From contig CAWIIQ010000001.1 in NCBI GenBank assembly GCA_963836185.1, forward strand, positions 1,504,001-1,568,000: a stretch of DNA of 64,000 nucleotides, read 5' to 3'. This document shows positions 31,468 to 41,232 of this stretch, piece after piece (position 1 is the stretch's first letter; each line of letters begins with the position of its first letter). Both the position numbers and the translations under genes were made by a program. Origin of the DNA: Candidatus Krumholzibacteriia bacterium (lineage in GTDB: Bacteria > Krumholzibacteriota > Krumholzibacteriia > Krumholzibacteriales > Krumholzibacteriaceae). The notes beneath the pieces were generated by a model. That model ran no database searches and was not told the DNA's origin. It saw only the letters and a program-made list of their open reading frames with translations.

Positions 31468-32919
31468 ATGCGACTGCTTCTCATCAACCCGCGAAATCCC
31501 CTGGTGAATGTCACAAACAAGAAGAACTACTGGAACAAATATCGCGTGTGGAAGCCGCTGGGCCTGCTCGTTCTGGCCGGCCTTACTCCGCCCGGATGGG
31601 ACATCACGGTTGTTGATGAGAATGTGGATCATCCCGACTATTCCTTGATGCCTCGCCCCGACCTTGTCGGATTGAGTGCCTTCACTTCTCAGGCTCCGAG
31701 GGCGTACGAACTGGCTGAGGATTTTCGCAGCCTGGGTGTGCCCGTCGTGATGGGCGGGATCCACGCTACGATGCGGCAGGAGGAAGCTTCAGAACGAGTC
31801 GATGTTGTGGTGACAGGCGAAGCAGAGAGCGTCTGGGGACAAGTACTGGAAGACGCTGCCCGGGACACCTTGAAGCCTGTATACTCAGGCGGCCATGAGG
31901 AAATGGACAGAACGCCGCCTGCCCGCCACGATCTGCTGCCGGAAGGCTACCATTTCGGATCTATCCAGACTACGCGTGGATGCCCGCTGAATTGCAGTTT
32001 CTGCAGCGTCAGCCCGTTCAATGGCAGGAAGTACAGGCGCCGCTCAAACGAGGATGTCATAGCTGAGTTCAGGCTTATCAGGGAGAAGCTCGTGCTCATC
32101 GTAGACGACAATCTCATCGGAACTCGTCCTGATCACATCGCGCGGGTAAAGGATCTGTTCCGGACAATGATCGACGCTGACCTCGGCAAGAAGTGGGTCT
32201 GTCAGGCGACGATCAATATGGCGGATGATGATGAACTGCTGAGACTGGCCCGGGATGCCGGGTGCATTGGTGCGTTTATCGGATTTGAATCGACTACCGA
32301 CGAAGGCCTGGCCGAGGTGCACAAGAAATACAACATCCAGAAAGATCGCGATTTCAGAGCATCGGTACGCCGGATCCAGAGCTACAATATCACAGTCGCA
32401 GGCTCATTTATCATGGGGCTAGATGTCGACCGGGCAGGCATCGGCAGGAATATAGCCGATACGGCCAATCAGTATGGCGTGGATATTCTTAATGTGCTCT
32501 TTCTGACACCATTACCCGGTACGGTCCTGTGGAACAAGATGGAGGAAGAAGGGCGCATAGTAGCGAACCGATTCCCTGAAGACTGGCGGTATTTCACTCT
32601 GACACTGCCAGTGGGGCGCTACAAGCATCTCACGCAGAACGAGATCCTCGAGGAGATGAGCACCTGTGTGAGAAGGTTCTATTCAATGCGAGGTATCCTG
32701 CGCCGTGTAGTGCGTAATCTCTGGAACAGGCAGCATCCATTCCTTACCCTGGCATCCAATCTTTCTTATAGAAATAACGGTAGTATCAGTCAGGGCGTAT
32801 GCGATGAATTCAAACGCACAGGCGAACGGCTGAAAGCCGCGCTTCCACTGCCACCGACCGGTGAGAATCTGCATGTGCTTGCCCCGCATCTAAGTATCCA
32901 AAAGTCCAGGATGGAGTGA
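31468..32919 (+). CDS. B12-binding radical SAM protein
   Basis: KPLGLLVLAGLTP, VMGGIHAT, TTRGCPLNCSFC, VDDN, IGFES, LTPLPGT. Confidence 0.92.
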   Translation: MRLLLINPRNPLVNVTNKKNYWNKYRVWKPLGLLVLAGLTPPGWDITVVDENVDHPDYSLMPRPDLVGLSAFTSQAPRAYELAEDFRSLGVPVVMGGIHATMRQEEASERVDVVVTGEAESVWGQVLEDAARDTLKPVYSGGHEEMDRTPPARHDLLPEGYHFGSIQTTRGCPLNCSFCSVSPFNGRKYRRRSNEDVIAEFRLIREKLVLIVDDNLIGTRPDHIARVKDLFRTMIDADLGKKWVCQATINMADDDELLRLARDAGCIGAFIGFESTTDEGLAEVHKKYNIQKDRDFRASVRRIQSYNITVAGSFIMGLDVDRAGIGRNIADTANQYGVDILNVLFLTPLPGTVLWNKMEEEGRIVANRFPEDWRYFTLTLPVGRYKHLTQNEILEEMSTCVRRFYSMRGILRRVVRNLWNRQHPFLTLASNLSYRNNGSISQGVCDEFKRTGERLKAALPLPPTGENLHVLAPHLSIQKSRME

Positions 32920-33029
32920 TGAGTGGGTAGCTTTCTGCGTTCGCATCTGACTGCTCGTTCTAGTATATTGATTCAAGAGTATTTTTATCAGTTTCAGGCC
33001 CCATTTGCCTATTCGAGCTGGAGAGTAAT

Positions 33030-35519
33030 ATGACCGCATCACGAGCTGCATGCGTATCTGTATCTGTTCTTATCATCGCCCTCCTGATATTGCACACGGT
33101 ACCGGCCGGTGCCGCAGGGCCGGACAACAACGTCGAATGGGACGGCGTGTCGCATGTCGATTTTCAGGATCGCCGTCCGTTGTGCCCGGTCGGCAACGAG
33201 GGCTTCTCAATTCGTTTCCAGGCGAACATCGATGACCTGACAGGGGCGCGCGTGTTTGTCGACGACGGCGGGTCGACTTCATGGCTCGTCGCCGTTGTAG
33301 CGGGGCAGAGGGGCCCCTATGATATATGGGAGGTCCAGGTACCGGTAACATCGTCTGCCGGGATAAGCTATTTCATAGAACTGACAGACGGCACCGATAT
33401 CGACTATCTCAGCATATCCGGCTTGAACGATACTATTCCTGTCGACGGAGGATGGCCGCTGGACTTCACGACGCTCGATCATGCTCCTGTCGGCGCGACG
33501 CTGGCCACTGGTGGAGCGGTTTTCAAGGTATGGGCCCCCGGGGCATCGACCTGCCACGTGCGGGGGGAGTTCAACGAGTGGGGGCTCACTGATCAGCTTA
33601 CACGTGTCGGTGAGCATTTCATCGGCTATGTCTCCGGGCCGTCAGCAGGTGACGAGTACAAGTATTTCTTTTCCCCTGGCAGCATCTGGAAAGCAGATGC
33701 CAGGGCGCGCGCCTTTAATTCGGGGAGCAATTCTAACAGTATCATCGAGGATCCGTTCGGGTACCAGTGGCAGGTCGACGATTTCCAGACACCGCCGCAG
33801 GAGGAAATGGTCGTCTACCAGCTGCACATGGGAACATTTGCCGGGCTTAACGATCCGGCCGGCTCAGTTGTCCATCCGGCAGGGTATCTCGATGTTGCCG
33901 CCCGCGTGAGCCATCTCGTCGATCTCGGCGTGAATACCGTGATGTTCAATCCCGTCAATGAATTCCCGGGCGACGAATCGGCCGGTTACAATCCTATAAC
34001 GGCGTGGGCTCCCGAATGGGTATATGGCTCTGCCGATGACTTTAAATATCTCGTCGACGCGTGTCACCGGAACGGAATAGCCGTACTTCTCGACATCGTC
34101 TGGAACCACTTCAGCGTCAATGACAACTACCTCTGGGATTACGACGGAACTCAGTTCTACTTCGACGACCCGGCGGCAGACACCCCATGGGGCGCTCAGG
34201 CGGATTTCGACAGGGACGGCGTACGTGACTATTACCTGAACAGCGCGCTGCACTGGCTCGAGGAGTACAAGCTTGACGGATACCGCATGGATGCCACTGA
34301 CTATATGAACAACGTTCAGGGAAGCGGCTGGAGCCTGATGCAGGAATTCAACGATATCGTTGACAACCGTTTCGCCGGGAAGGTAGTCGTAGCCGAGCAG
34401 CTGCCCGACGATAACTGGGTGACGCGTCCCGTATCCCTCGGTGGAGCGGGCTTTGATTGTCAGTACTACGACTACTTTACCGATACGATCCGTGAGGAGA
34501 TATTCGACGCGGCGTTCGGTGATCCCGAGATGTGGAAGATCCGCAATATAATCAATGGCGGCGGGACATATCTCGAGGGAGCGAGTGTCTTTAATTATTT
34601 CGAGCTGCACGACGAAGCATGGTCCTCGAGCGGCGGAGGCCGTGCCGTCAAGGTGATCGATCCGAGTGTCCCGCATGATGATGAGTGGGCTCAGGGGAGG
34701 ACGAAACTCGCTCACAGTATCGTGATGCTTTCTCCCGGAATTCCGGCCTTTCTTATGGGATGCGAGTGGCTGGAAGATACAGATTTCGGAACAAGCTCGG
34801 CTGAAAGGATCGATTGGTCCAACAAGATCAACTACAGCGAGTACTTCGCGTACTTCAGGGACCTCATAGCCGTGCGGGATAATTCGGCCTTTCGCGCCGA
34901 CGCTTCACGCAACGTATATCATCTCAATGAGAGCGGGAATGTCATCGGATTCAGGCGCTGGGACGCCGAGAACGATTTCGTGGTCATCGCCAATTTCAGC
35001 AATACAGATTATTCCGATTATCGAATAGGGCTTCCGCAGGAGGGTTACTGGAGAGAAGCGCTCAACAGCATGGATTTCAATTATGGCGGCCCGGGGCCCG
35101 TAAATGATGGGACGCTGAACACCGAGCCTGTCGGATATAACGGTTACAGCCAGTCGTTTCTTATCGAACTGCCTAAAATGGCATTCATCGTCCTGGAGAA
35201 GGGTGCCGTCCAGACGGATACTGAGGAGCCGCTGATCCCTTCCGTAAACGCGCTCGAGCCGAACTATCCCAATCCGTTCAATCCATCGACGACGATCAGG
35301 TTCTCGCTTGCCGGACCAGGGCATACATCGCTTCGCGTCTACGATGTAGCCGGACGCCTGGTCAGGTCACTTGTCGATGATACGCTCGATGACGGAATGC
35401 ACGAGATTCCGTGGGACGGAACGAATGAAAGGGGAGACGTGGCGGCGTCAGGCGTCTACTTCTACCGCCTGGTCACAGGGCGATTCAAACAGACCAGGAG
35501 GATGGTGCTGCTCAGGTAG
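33030..35519 (+). CDS. Secreted GH13 alpha-amylase/branching-enzyme-like protein with CBM48 and C-terminal FlgD-Ig/T9SS-like domain
   Basis: Signal peptide; FKVWAP, GYNP, LDIVWNH, GYRMDAT, VAEQ, LHDE; tail NYPNPFNPSTTIRF..VYDVAGRLV..WDG..ASGVYFYRL. Confidence 0.9.
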   Translation: MTASRAACVSVSVLIIALLILHTVPAGAAGPDNNVEWDGVSHVDFQDRRPLCPVGNEGFSIRFQANIDDLTGARVFVDDGGSTSWLVAVVAGQRGPYDIWEVQVPVTSSAGISYFIELTDGTDIDYLSISGLNDTIPVDGGWPLDFTTLDHAPVGATLATGGAVFKVWAPGASTCHVRGEFNEWGLTDQLTRVGEHFIGYVSGPSAGDEYKYFFSPGSIWKADARARAFNSGSNSNSIIEDPFGYQWQVDDFQTPPQEEMVVYQLHMGTFAGLNDPAGSVVHPAGYLDVAARVSHLVDLGVNTVMFNPVNEFPGDESAGYNPITAWAPEWVYGSADDFKYLVDACHRNGIAVLLDIVWNHFSVNDNYLWDYDGTQFYFDDPAADTPWGAQADFDRDGVRDYYLNSALHWLEEYKLDGYRMDATDYMNNVQGSGWSLMQEFNDIVDNRFAGKVVVAEQLPDDNWVTRPVSLGGAGFDCQYYDYFTDTIREEIFDAAFGDPEMWKIRNIINGGGTYLEGASVFNYFELHDEAWSSSGGGRAVKVIDPSVPHDDEWAQGRTKLAHSIVMLSPGIPAFLMGCEWLEDTDFGTSSAERIDWSNKINYSEYFAYFRDLIAVRDNSAFRADASRNVYHLNESGNVIGFRRWDAENDFVVIANFSNTDYSDYRIGLPQEGYWREALNSMDFNYGGPGPVNDGTLNTEPVGYNGYSQSFLIELPKMAFIVLEKGAVQTDTEEPLIPSVNALEPNYPNPFNPSTTIRFSLAGPGHTSLRVYDVAGRLVRSLVDDTLDDGMHEIPWDGTNERGDVAASGVYFYRLVTGRFKQTRRMVLLR

Positions 35520-35530
35520 CGGCACGCGTA

Positions 35531-36853
35531 TCAGCGGATCTTCTGCCGCCTGCCGGCGAAGATAGACTGGACTCCGAAATTGAAGACAAAATCGCCGTAC
35601 TGACTTACGCCCATGTCAAACCTCAGCATCTCTACGCCAGGCAGCAGCAGCCTCAATCCGGCCCCGAATCCTGTACGCGTGCGTTGTATGTTGAAGTCGG
35701 TCGAACGGCTCCAGGCCAGACCGGTGTCCAGAAAACATGCAAGTTGAAGTCCTGTGCTGATCGTCCATTTAATGATCTTTAGATCTCTCATCGGGATAAA
35801 GTTCCACCGGTATTCTATATTGAAAAGGAACTGGTTCTTTCCGTACAGATCCATGCCAAGTTCCTCGAGGCGGTAACCGCGGATACTGTTGGACCCGCCC
35901 ATGAAATACTGATAATAACCGGGGATGTCGACGCCCACGATCCCTGACTGGAGGGACAGGATCGGGCCGGCCGCGATCGACTGGGTCTTTCCGATCGGCT
36001 GATAGCGGTTGAAATCAATCTGCGCGCTCCAGAAATCCGCGTCTCCTCCAGTATATGAAGCGTTGATCCATTCGTTATGCCAACCGGAGCGGGGCGCGTT
36101 ATACGAATCACGGTCGTCGTATCCGAGGAGAAGGTTTCCGTAGAGCATGTTGTCTCTGTTGGAAGGGTCGATCGTGATCCCGTCCTTGTCGCTCATGATC
36201 GCGACGTATCCGAGGTGCGCTCTGAGACGGCCTGAATCGCCGATCCATTTCCCGCCGCTGACCTGGAAGAGGTCCTTCGTCTCTTCGAAATCCAGCAAAA
36301 TATTCTGACGGATAGTGTGTCCGCCCTCGATTCCTCCAGAGATCCGGTTTCCCGTTATCCATGGATCTCGAAAGGCGACGAAAAAAGCATTCACTCCTCC
36401 CAGCATGAACATGGCAGATAACTGCTGAGCCCGTCCGAAGAGATTGATGGATGCTACTCCGGCACCGGCAGAGAAACCGTTCTCCTCGGAATAGTTGACA
36501 GCAGGGATCGGGATTATCCACGGGATCTCACTGACTACGAATTCCAGAGCGGCCCCGCCTTCGTCCGGTCTGACATAAACGCTGACTGCTCCGAAGATAG
36601 GCAGATTCTTCAGCCTGACGAGATCTTCCCTTACGAGTTCCGCATAGAGGGGGTCACCGACGATACTGCGCACTTCCCTGTCTACAACAAACCTCTTCGT
36701 GTGCTTAAGTCCCGTGTATTCGATAGCTGTTATCGTATTTCCCTCAAAACGGTCGAGGTCGATGGAGGGAGCAGTCTGCGGTTCTCTCTGCGCGGAAACA
36801 GTCGCGGAAAGGGTCATCAGCAGAAATATTGTGATAAGAGTCAGTTTCATCAT
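35531..36853 (-). CDS. Omp85/BamA-TamA family outer-membrane protein with one POTRA domain
   Basis: GLKHTKRFVVDRE POTRA, NLFGRAQ, GGSNSIRGY, FLDTG, GFGAGLR, RFDMG. Confidence 0.85.
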   Translation of the reverse strand: MMKLTLITIFLLMTLSATVSAQREPQTAPSIDLDRFEGNTITAIEYTGLKHTKRFVVDREVRSIVGDPLYAELVREDLVRLKNLPIFGAVSVYVRPDEGGAALEFVVSEIPWIIPIPAVNYSEENGFSAGAGVASINLFGRAQQLSAMFMLGGVNAFFVAFRDPWITGNRISGGIEGGHTIRQNILLDFEETKDLFQVSGGKWIGDSGRLRAHLGYVAIMSDKDGITIDPSNRDNMLYGNLLLGYDDRDSYNAPRSGWHNEWINASYTGGDADFWSAQIDFNRYQPIGKTQSIAAGPILSLQSGIVGVDIPGYYQYFMGGSNSIRGYRLEELGMDLYGKNQFLFNIEYRWNFIPMRDLKIIKWTISTGLQLACFLDTGLAWSRSTDFNIQRTRTGFGAGLRLLLPGVEMLRFDMGVSQYGDFVFNFGVQSIFAGRRQKIR

Positions 36854-36928
36854 ATGGTGGTACAGGGATAAGCAGACGGCGAATCGATCATTGAACTGAA
36901 AGATCCGCCGTCAAGAAAGAACCAGCAT

Positions 36929-37423
36929 TTAAAACGGCAGCGTTACGCCGATGTTGGCGCCGACACCGCTCATATCCACGCTTCCGCCAACATCAAGGTC
37001 CGGCTCGAGATAGAGATAACGGACCTCGCCGAAAACACCAAGGCTGGCCAGGGATATATCGATGCCAAGCGCGGCGAAACCACCCGGCGAGCTATTCGGA
37101 GCGAAATCGCCGGACATGATGTAATAACCGAGGCCCACGCCTCCGTAGAACATGGCGAGTTTGACTCGTCCGAAAACCTCGAGCGGGAACATGTCCAGAT
37201 TCGCGTCTTCGTCGCCGCTGTATCTTAGCCAGGAGGCCCGGGCATCGATCGAGATGATCGGTATTATACCGAACTGGTGCTTCAGGCCCAGGCCGTAGCC
37301 TGAGTCGACGTCATTGGAGTCCTGCCATTGGCCGAAGATTCCTATAGCGTTTGCCGGCAATGTGAAGGCCGTCGTCAGGAACAGGGTGAGGGCGAGGCCG
37401 ATGAGGATCCGGGATCTCTTCAT
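36929..37423 (-). CDS. Small outer-membrane beta-barrel protein
   Basis: Signal peptide, alternating strands, C-terminal GVTLPF. Confidence 0.75.
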   Translation of the reverse strand: MKRSRILIGLALTLFLTTAFTLPANAIGIFGQWQDSNDVDSGYGLGLKHQFGIIPIISIDARASWLRYSGDEDANLDMFPLEVFGRVKLAMFYGGVGLGYYIMSGDFAPNSSPGGFAALGIDISLASLGVFGEVRYLYLEPDLDVGGSVDMSGVGANIGVTLPF

Positions 37424-37618
37424 TGCAATTCCCTTCGGTAAAAGAAAGATGAAACTGGCCGTTTTCACTTCGCAATCGTGGAATTCTAAGCGAAAATCAT
37501 TCCTTATAGAAGGATTATATTGAGTCCCGATGAATAGTATGGACAAGCTGTGCGGATATATGATTACAGTTCTGGAAGATAGCTGAAGAGGAAGTAAATG
37601 AATCGAGGAGATCCATAA

Positions 37619-38527
37619 ATGAATATCAAAGGGGTCCTGATCGCCGGGCTTTTGATCTTTTCGCTCTCATGCCTGTATTCCTGCGCTCCTGAAAGCAAAG
37701 GTCCCGCTCCGACACTGGCTGAAGCGAAGGAAGCGGAGTATCAGGGTATTTACGAATCATCCGTACGTTTTACGGGCGGCTTTTACGAGGGGAAACTTTT
37801 CAGCGAAGGGGGAGCAGCACGTCCCACGGTGAGACTGATCGGTGATCTCTGTGTTCAGGGCGATCTTGACGGGGACGGCGCCGAGGAATCGGCAGTCCTC
37901 CTTGCGGAGAATTCAGGGGGATCGGGAACCTTTATATATGTCGCGGTCCTTGAGCGCAGGGGGGATGTCATAACGAATACCGGGACAGTTCTTCTCGGGG
38001 ACAGGGTCCAGGTCCGTTCACTCATACTGGATGCCGGTGCACTCACGATAAAAGTCATCAGGCACGGCTCAGACGATCCGATGTGCTGCCCTACCGAGAA
38101 GGCCCTGAGGACCTGGGCTGTGGATGGAGGATCCCTTGTTGAAAGAACACCTGAGGTCACGGGCACGCTTTCAATCGATGACCTCGCGGGCGTCAAATGG
38201 GTCCTCGTGAGTCTTGGTCCCGATGAGCCTTATCCGGGAGATCCTCCTGTGACCATCTTATTCGAGAAAGACAGGATCTCAGGATCGGGCGGCTGTAACA
38301 GGTACTTTTCTGAAATAAGCGAGATCGCCCCGGGTGTGATAAAGCCCGGACTGATCGGAAGCACGAGGATGTCATGCGGGGATGAGATCACAGGAGTGGA
38401 AGAGCGGTTCCTCGAAGCTGTCGGCGGCGCCGCCGGATACGGTTTCCTCGCGGGCAGCCTCGCTCTGACCTGCAGGGTGGAAGACAGAATAGTGACACTC
38501 ATATTCAAAGCAGGAGCCGCTGAATGA
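37619..38527 (+). CDS. META-domain lipoprotein
   Basis: Lipobox-like LYSC; GDLDGDG, GGSGTF, DPMCCPT; SGSGGCNRY, GSTRMSC. Confidence 0.82.
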   Translation: MNIKGVLIAGLLIFSLSCLYSCAPESKGPAPTLAEAKEAEYQGIYESSVRFTGGFYEGKLFSEGGAARPTVRLIGDLCVQGDLDGDGAEESAVLLAENSGGSGTFIYVAVLERRGDVITNTGTVLLGDRVQVRSLILDAGALTIKVIRHGSDDPMCCPTEKALRTWAVDGGSLVERTPEVTGTLSIDDLAGVKWVLVSLGPDEPYPGDPPVTILFEKDRISGSGGCNRYFSEISEIAPGVIKPGLIGSTRMSCGDEITGVEERFLEAVGGAAGYGFLAGSLALTCRVEDRIVTLIFKAGAAE

Positions 38528-38528
38528 C

Positions 38529-40376
38529 ATGTGCGGGATAGCGGGAATAATCAGCCTCACCTCCGATGGATCGGCAGACCATGAGCCTCTCGACAGGATG
38601 ATCGAGGCTATGCACCTTCGCGGCCCGGACGACAGCGGGAAGGCAGTCACGGACCGTGTCGCCTTCGGGATGAGGCGGCTTTCGATCATCGATCTCGAGC
38701 ACGGCCATCAGCCGATTGAATCGGAGGACGGCGCTGTGCGGGTGATCATGAACGGGGAGATCTACTCGTTCCCAGAGGTGAAGAAAGAGCTGGAGAAGGC
38801 TGGGCACAGGTTCCGGACGCAGGCCGACACCGAGGTCCTCGTCCACGGCTACGAGGAGTGGGGTATCGAGGGCCTGCTCGGAAGGCTCAACGGCATGTTC
38901 GCTTTCGCGCTGCATGATATGGAAAAGGACATCGTCTTTGTCGCCCGCGACCGCCTCGGGATCAAGCCACTGGTCTATACTGTCCGCGATGGACAACTCT
39001 ATTTCGCTTCGTCGATAAAGGCGCTGCTCATGACAGGGCGAGTCCCGGTCGAGCCGGATCCCGCGGGAGTGCGGCTGTATCTTTACAACCAGTATATCCC
39101 CGCTCCATATACTGTCCTGGCAGGGGTGAGCAAACTGCCGCCTGCGAGTTACATGAGAATAGACAGGGGGAAGCTCTCGGATCCGCGCGTATACTGGCGC
39201 ATTTCCGACAGAGGGGAACAGGAAAGGGGGCGGGACTGGCACGGCGAGCTCCGGGACCTTTTCGAGGACGCCGTTCGCTGTCACATGATCAGTGACGTGG
39301 AGGTCGGGGTATTTCTCTCCGGAGGGCTTGACTCGTCGCTTGTTCTCTCGTACATGAGCGAGATGTCTTCTCACAAGGTGAAGGCATTTTCCATATCGGT
39401 AAAGCATGACAATGTCTACGATGAATCCCGGTATGCGCGGATGGCGGCGGAGAGGTTCGGCGCGGACCTGATCGAGATCCCCTTCAGGCCGGAGGATGCC
39501 GTCGACGCGGCGACCAGGTATATCGGGCATCTCGACGAACCACTGGCCGACCCCGCGCAGCTTCCAACCTTCATACTCTCGGAGCTGGCTCACCGGCACG
39601 TCAAGGTCGTACTTTCCGGGGAGGGCGCGGATGAACTCTTCGCAGGATATGACTACTACGACAGGTATGCCACCATGTCGGGACGGTTCCGGATGTCGAT
39701 CGAGGGTATCAGGCGCCGGGCCGCGGAAGCAGGGGGGGACGCCGGGATCGTCGAGAGGATCAGGAAGCATACTTACAGGTCCACAGTAAGCTCATACCCC
39801 CACGTCCTGCCTGGTGTGATCTGCGACCGACTTGTAGCGGATCTTCCTTCAGACAGGACGACGGCTGAACTTCAGGCGGAAGTCGAGAGGGGCCTGGTCG
39901 GCGGCAGGAAGGCCCGGGGGATGGACAGGGCGCTCGTCGCGGATACAGGGGGCTGGCTTCCCGACAACCTCCTGATGAAGGTCGACAGGATGTCCATGGC
40001 TAACAGCCTCGAGGTCAGGGTCCCCTTTCTCGATTACCGGCTTGTCGAGCTCGCCGCAGGGATCCCCGCGAGGATGAAGAGGAGGAATCGGACGGGCAAG
40101 GTGATAGTCAGGGAGGCATTTGCCGATCGCCTCGGAGATACTCTGGCGGCCAGAGGCAAACATGGATTCAGCCTGCCTGTCGGATCATGGCTCCAGGGGC
40201 TCATGAGGCCCCTGGCGGAGGATACGTTCGACTCGGGGCTGGCGAAGATGCCATGGATAGACCGGGCAGCCGTTGATGAGATAACGGGTGATCTGATGGC
40301 CGGCAGGATGGATATGTGGCGGCAGTCATGGATGCTTCTGACGCTGGCCGCATGGTTCGATCTTGCCGGAGAATAA
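38529..40376 (+). CDS. asnB: Asparagine synthase (glutamine-hydrolysing) family amidotransferase
   Basis: MCGIAG, RLSIID..GHQP, NGEIY, RDRLGIKPL, LSGGLDSS, SGEGADELFAGY, SLEVRVPFLD. Confidence 0.93.
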   Translation: MCGIAGIISLTSDGSADHEPLDRMIEAMHLRGPDDSGKAVTDRVAFGMRRLSIIDLEHGHQPIESEDGAVRVIMNGEIYSFPEVKKELEKAGHRFRTQADTEVLVHGYEEWGIEGLLGRLNGMFAFALHDMEKDIVFVARDRLGIKPLVYTVRDGQLYFASSIKALLMTGRVPVEPDPAGVRLYLYNQYIPAPYTVLAGVSKLPPASYMRIDRGKLSDPRVYWRISDRGEQERGRDWHGELRDLFEDAVRCHMISDVEVGVFLSGGLDSSLVLSYMSEMSSHKVKAFSISVKHDNVYDESRYARMAAERFGADLIEIPFRPEDAVDAATRYIGHLDEPLADPAQLPTFILSELAHRHVKVVLSGEGADELFAGYDYYDRYATMSGRFRMSIEGIRRRAAEAGGDAGIVERIRKHTYRSTVSSYPHVLPGVICDRLVADLPSDRTTAELQAEVERGLVGGRKARGMDRALVADTGGWLPDNLLMKVDRMSMANSLEVRVPFLDYRLVELAAGIPARMKRRNRTGKVIVREAFADRLGDTLAARGKHGFSLPVGSWLQGLMRPLAEDTFDSGLAKMPWIDRAAVDEITGDLMAGRMDMWRQSWMLLTLAAWFDLAGE

Positions 40377-40380
40377 TCAC

Positions 40381-40409
40381 TTTACAATACACCCGGATAT
40401 GACTATTCT
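40381..40409 (+). promoter_or_regulatory. sigma70-like promoter
   Basis: TTTACA-N17-TATTCT upstream of the 40456 gene. Confidence 0.45.
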
Positions 40410-40455
40410 CCCCGGAGGAGACAGTTAACAAACTGGCCACAAGGAGAGTCGTAAA

Positions 40456-41223
40456 ATGCGCAAGGGCATCCTCTTGACAGTATTCACAGTTTTCGTCTGC
40501 GTTCTTCTGACAGGCACAGCTTTCGCCGAGCTCCGCTGGCAGGCTGGCGCGAAGGGCGGGGCCTACTGGGCGTCATTGACAGGTGACGCGGTCACCCTGT
40601 GGGCCGGCGGCGAGGACAGCCAGCTGGCAGGAGCCATAGGGGACGCCACCCTCGGTTTCACGGGTGGCGGTTTTCTGACCGTATTCTTCAATGATTTCTT
40701 CGGTCTTCAGACTGAAGTGATGTACACCCCGAAAGGCGGCCAGGGCGTGGCATCCGGGGAAATCATATACTATCCCGACAACGACGATCCGAGGCCCGCT
40801 TTCTTCGACGGCACCGTGTACGCCTATATCGACTATATCGAGGTCCCCCTGCTTGCGGTCTTCGAGTTCGGAGCCGATGATGGCGGAAAGATCCGGATCC
40901 GCGGACTCGCTGGTACAACCTTCGCTTTCAAGCTCCAGGCCGAATCAAGACTGGAGGGAACCGCGGAGATCACGCTGCAGGATACCAGCACACGCACGGA
41001 GCAGATAGATCAGCGGGAAGATATCAGCGACCGTGTAAAGAGTTTTGAATTCGGACTGATGTTCGGCGGGGCTGTCTACTGGGATATCGGGGCTGTCGAC
41101 CTTCTTATAGAGTCGAGATGGGAGGGCGGCCTCACTACGATCGACAATACGACATTATACCGCGATGTTAATACGAGCAATGTAAGCCTTATGTTCGGAT
41201 TCAGTTATCCGTTCGGCGGATAG
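40456..41223 (+). CDS. PorT-like outer-membrane beta-barrel protein
   Basis: Signal peptide; GAKGG, LQTEVMYTPKG, YIEVPLL, GLTTI, C-terminal FGFSYPFGG. Confidence 0.8.
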   Translation: MRKGILLTVFTVFVCVLLTGTAFAELRWQAGAKGGAYWASLTGDAVTLWAGGEDSQLAGAIGDATLGFTGGGFLTVFFNDFFGLQTEVMYTPKGGQGVASGEIIYYPDNDDPRPAFFDGTVYAYIDYIEVPLLAVFEFGADDGGKIRIRGLAGTTFAFKLQAESRLEGTAEITLQDTSTRTEQIDQREDISDRVKSFEFGLMFGGAVYWDIGAVDLLIESRWEGGLTTIDNTTLYRDVNTSNVSLMFGFSYPFGG

Positions 41224-41232
41224 CCCTGACAG

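Noticed and set aside
29711-33000. Intact integrative element or prophage at tRNA-Glu
   Set aside because: No integrase or phage genes and no convincing repeat of the tRNA 3' end seen; the similar ATCCCGTTCGGGGG near 58841 is inside coding sequence.
38529-40376. AsnB as a lasso-peptide cyclase
   Set aside because: It retains the N-terminal Cys glutaminase domain, and no B1/B2 proteins or precursor peptide are nearby.
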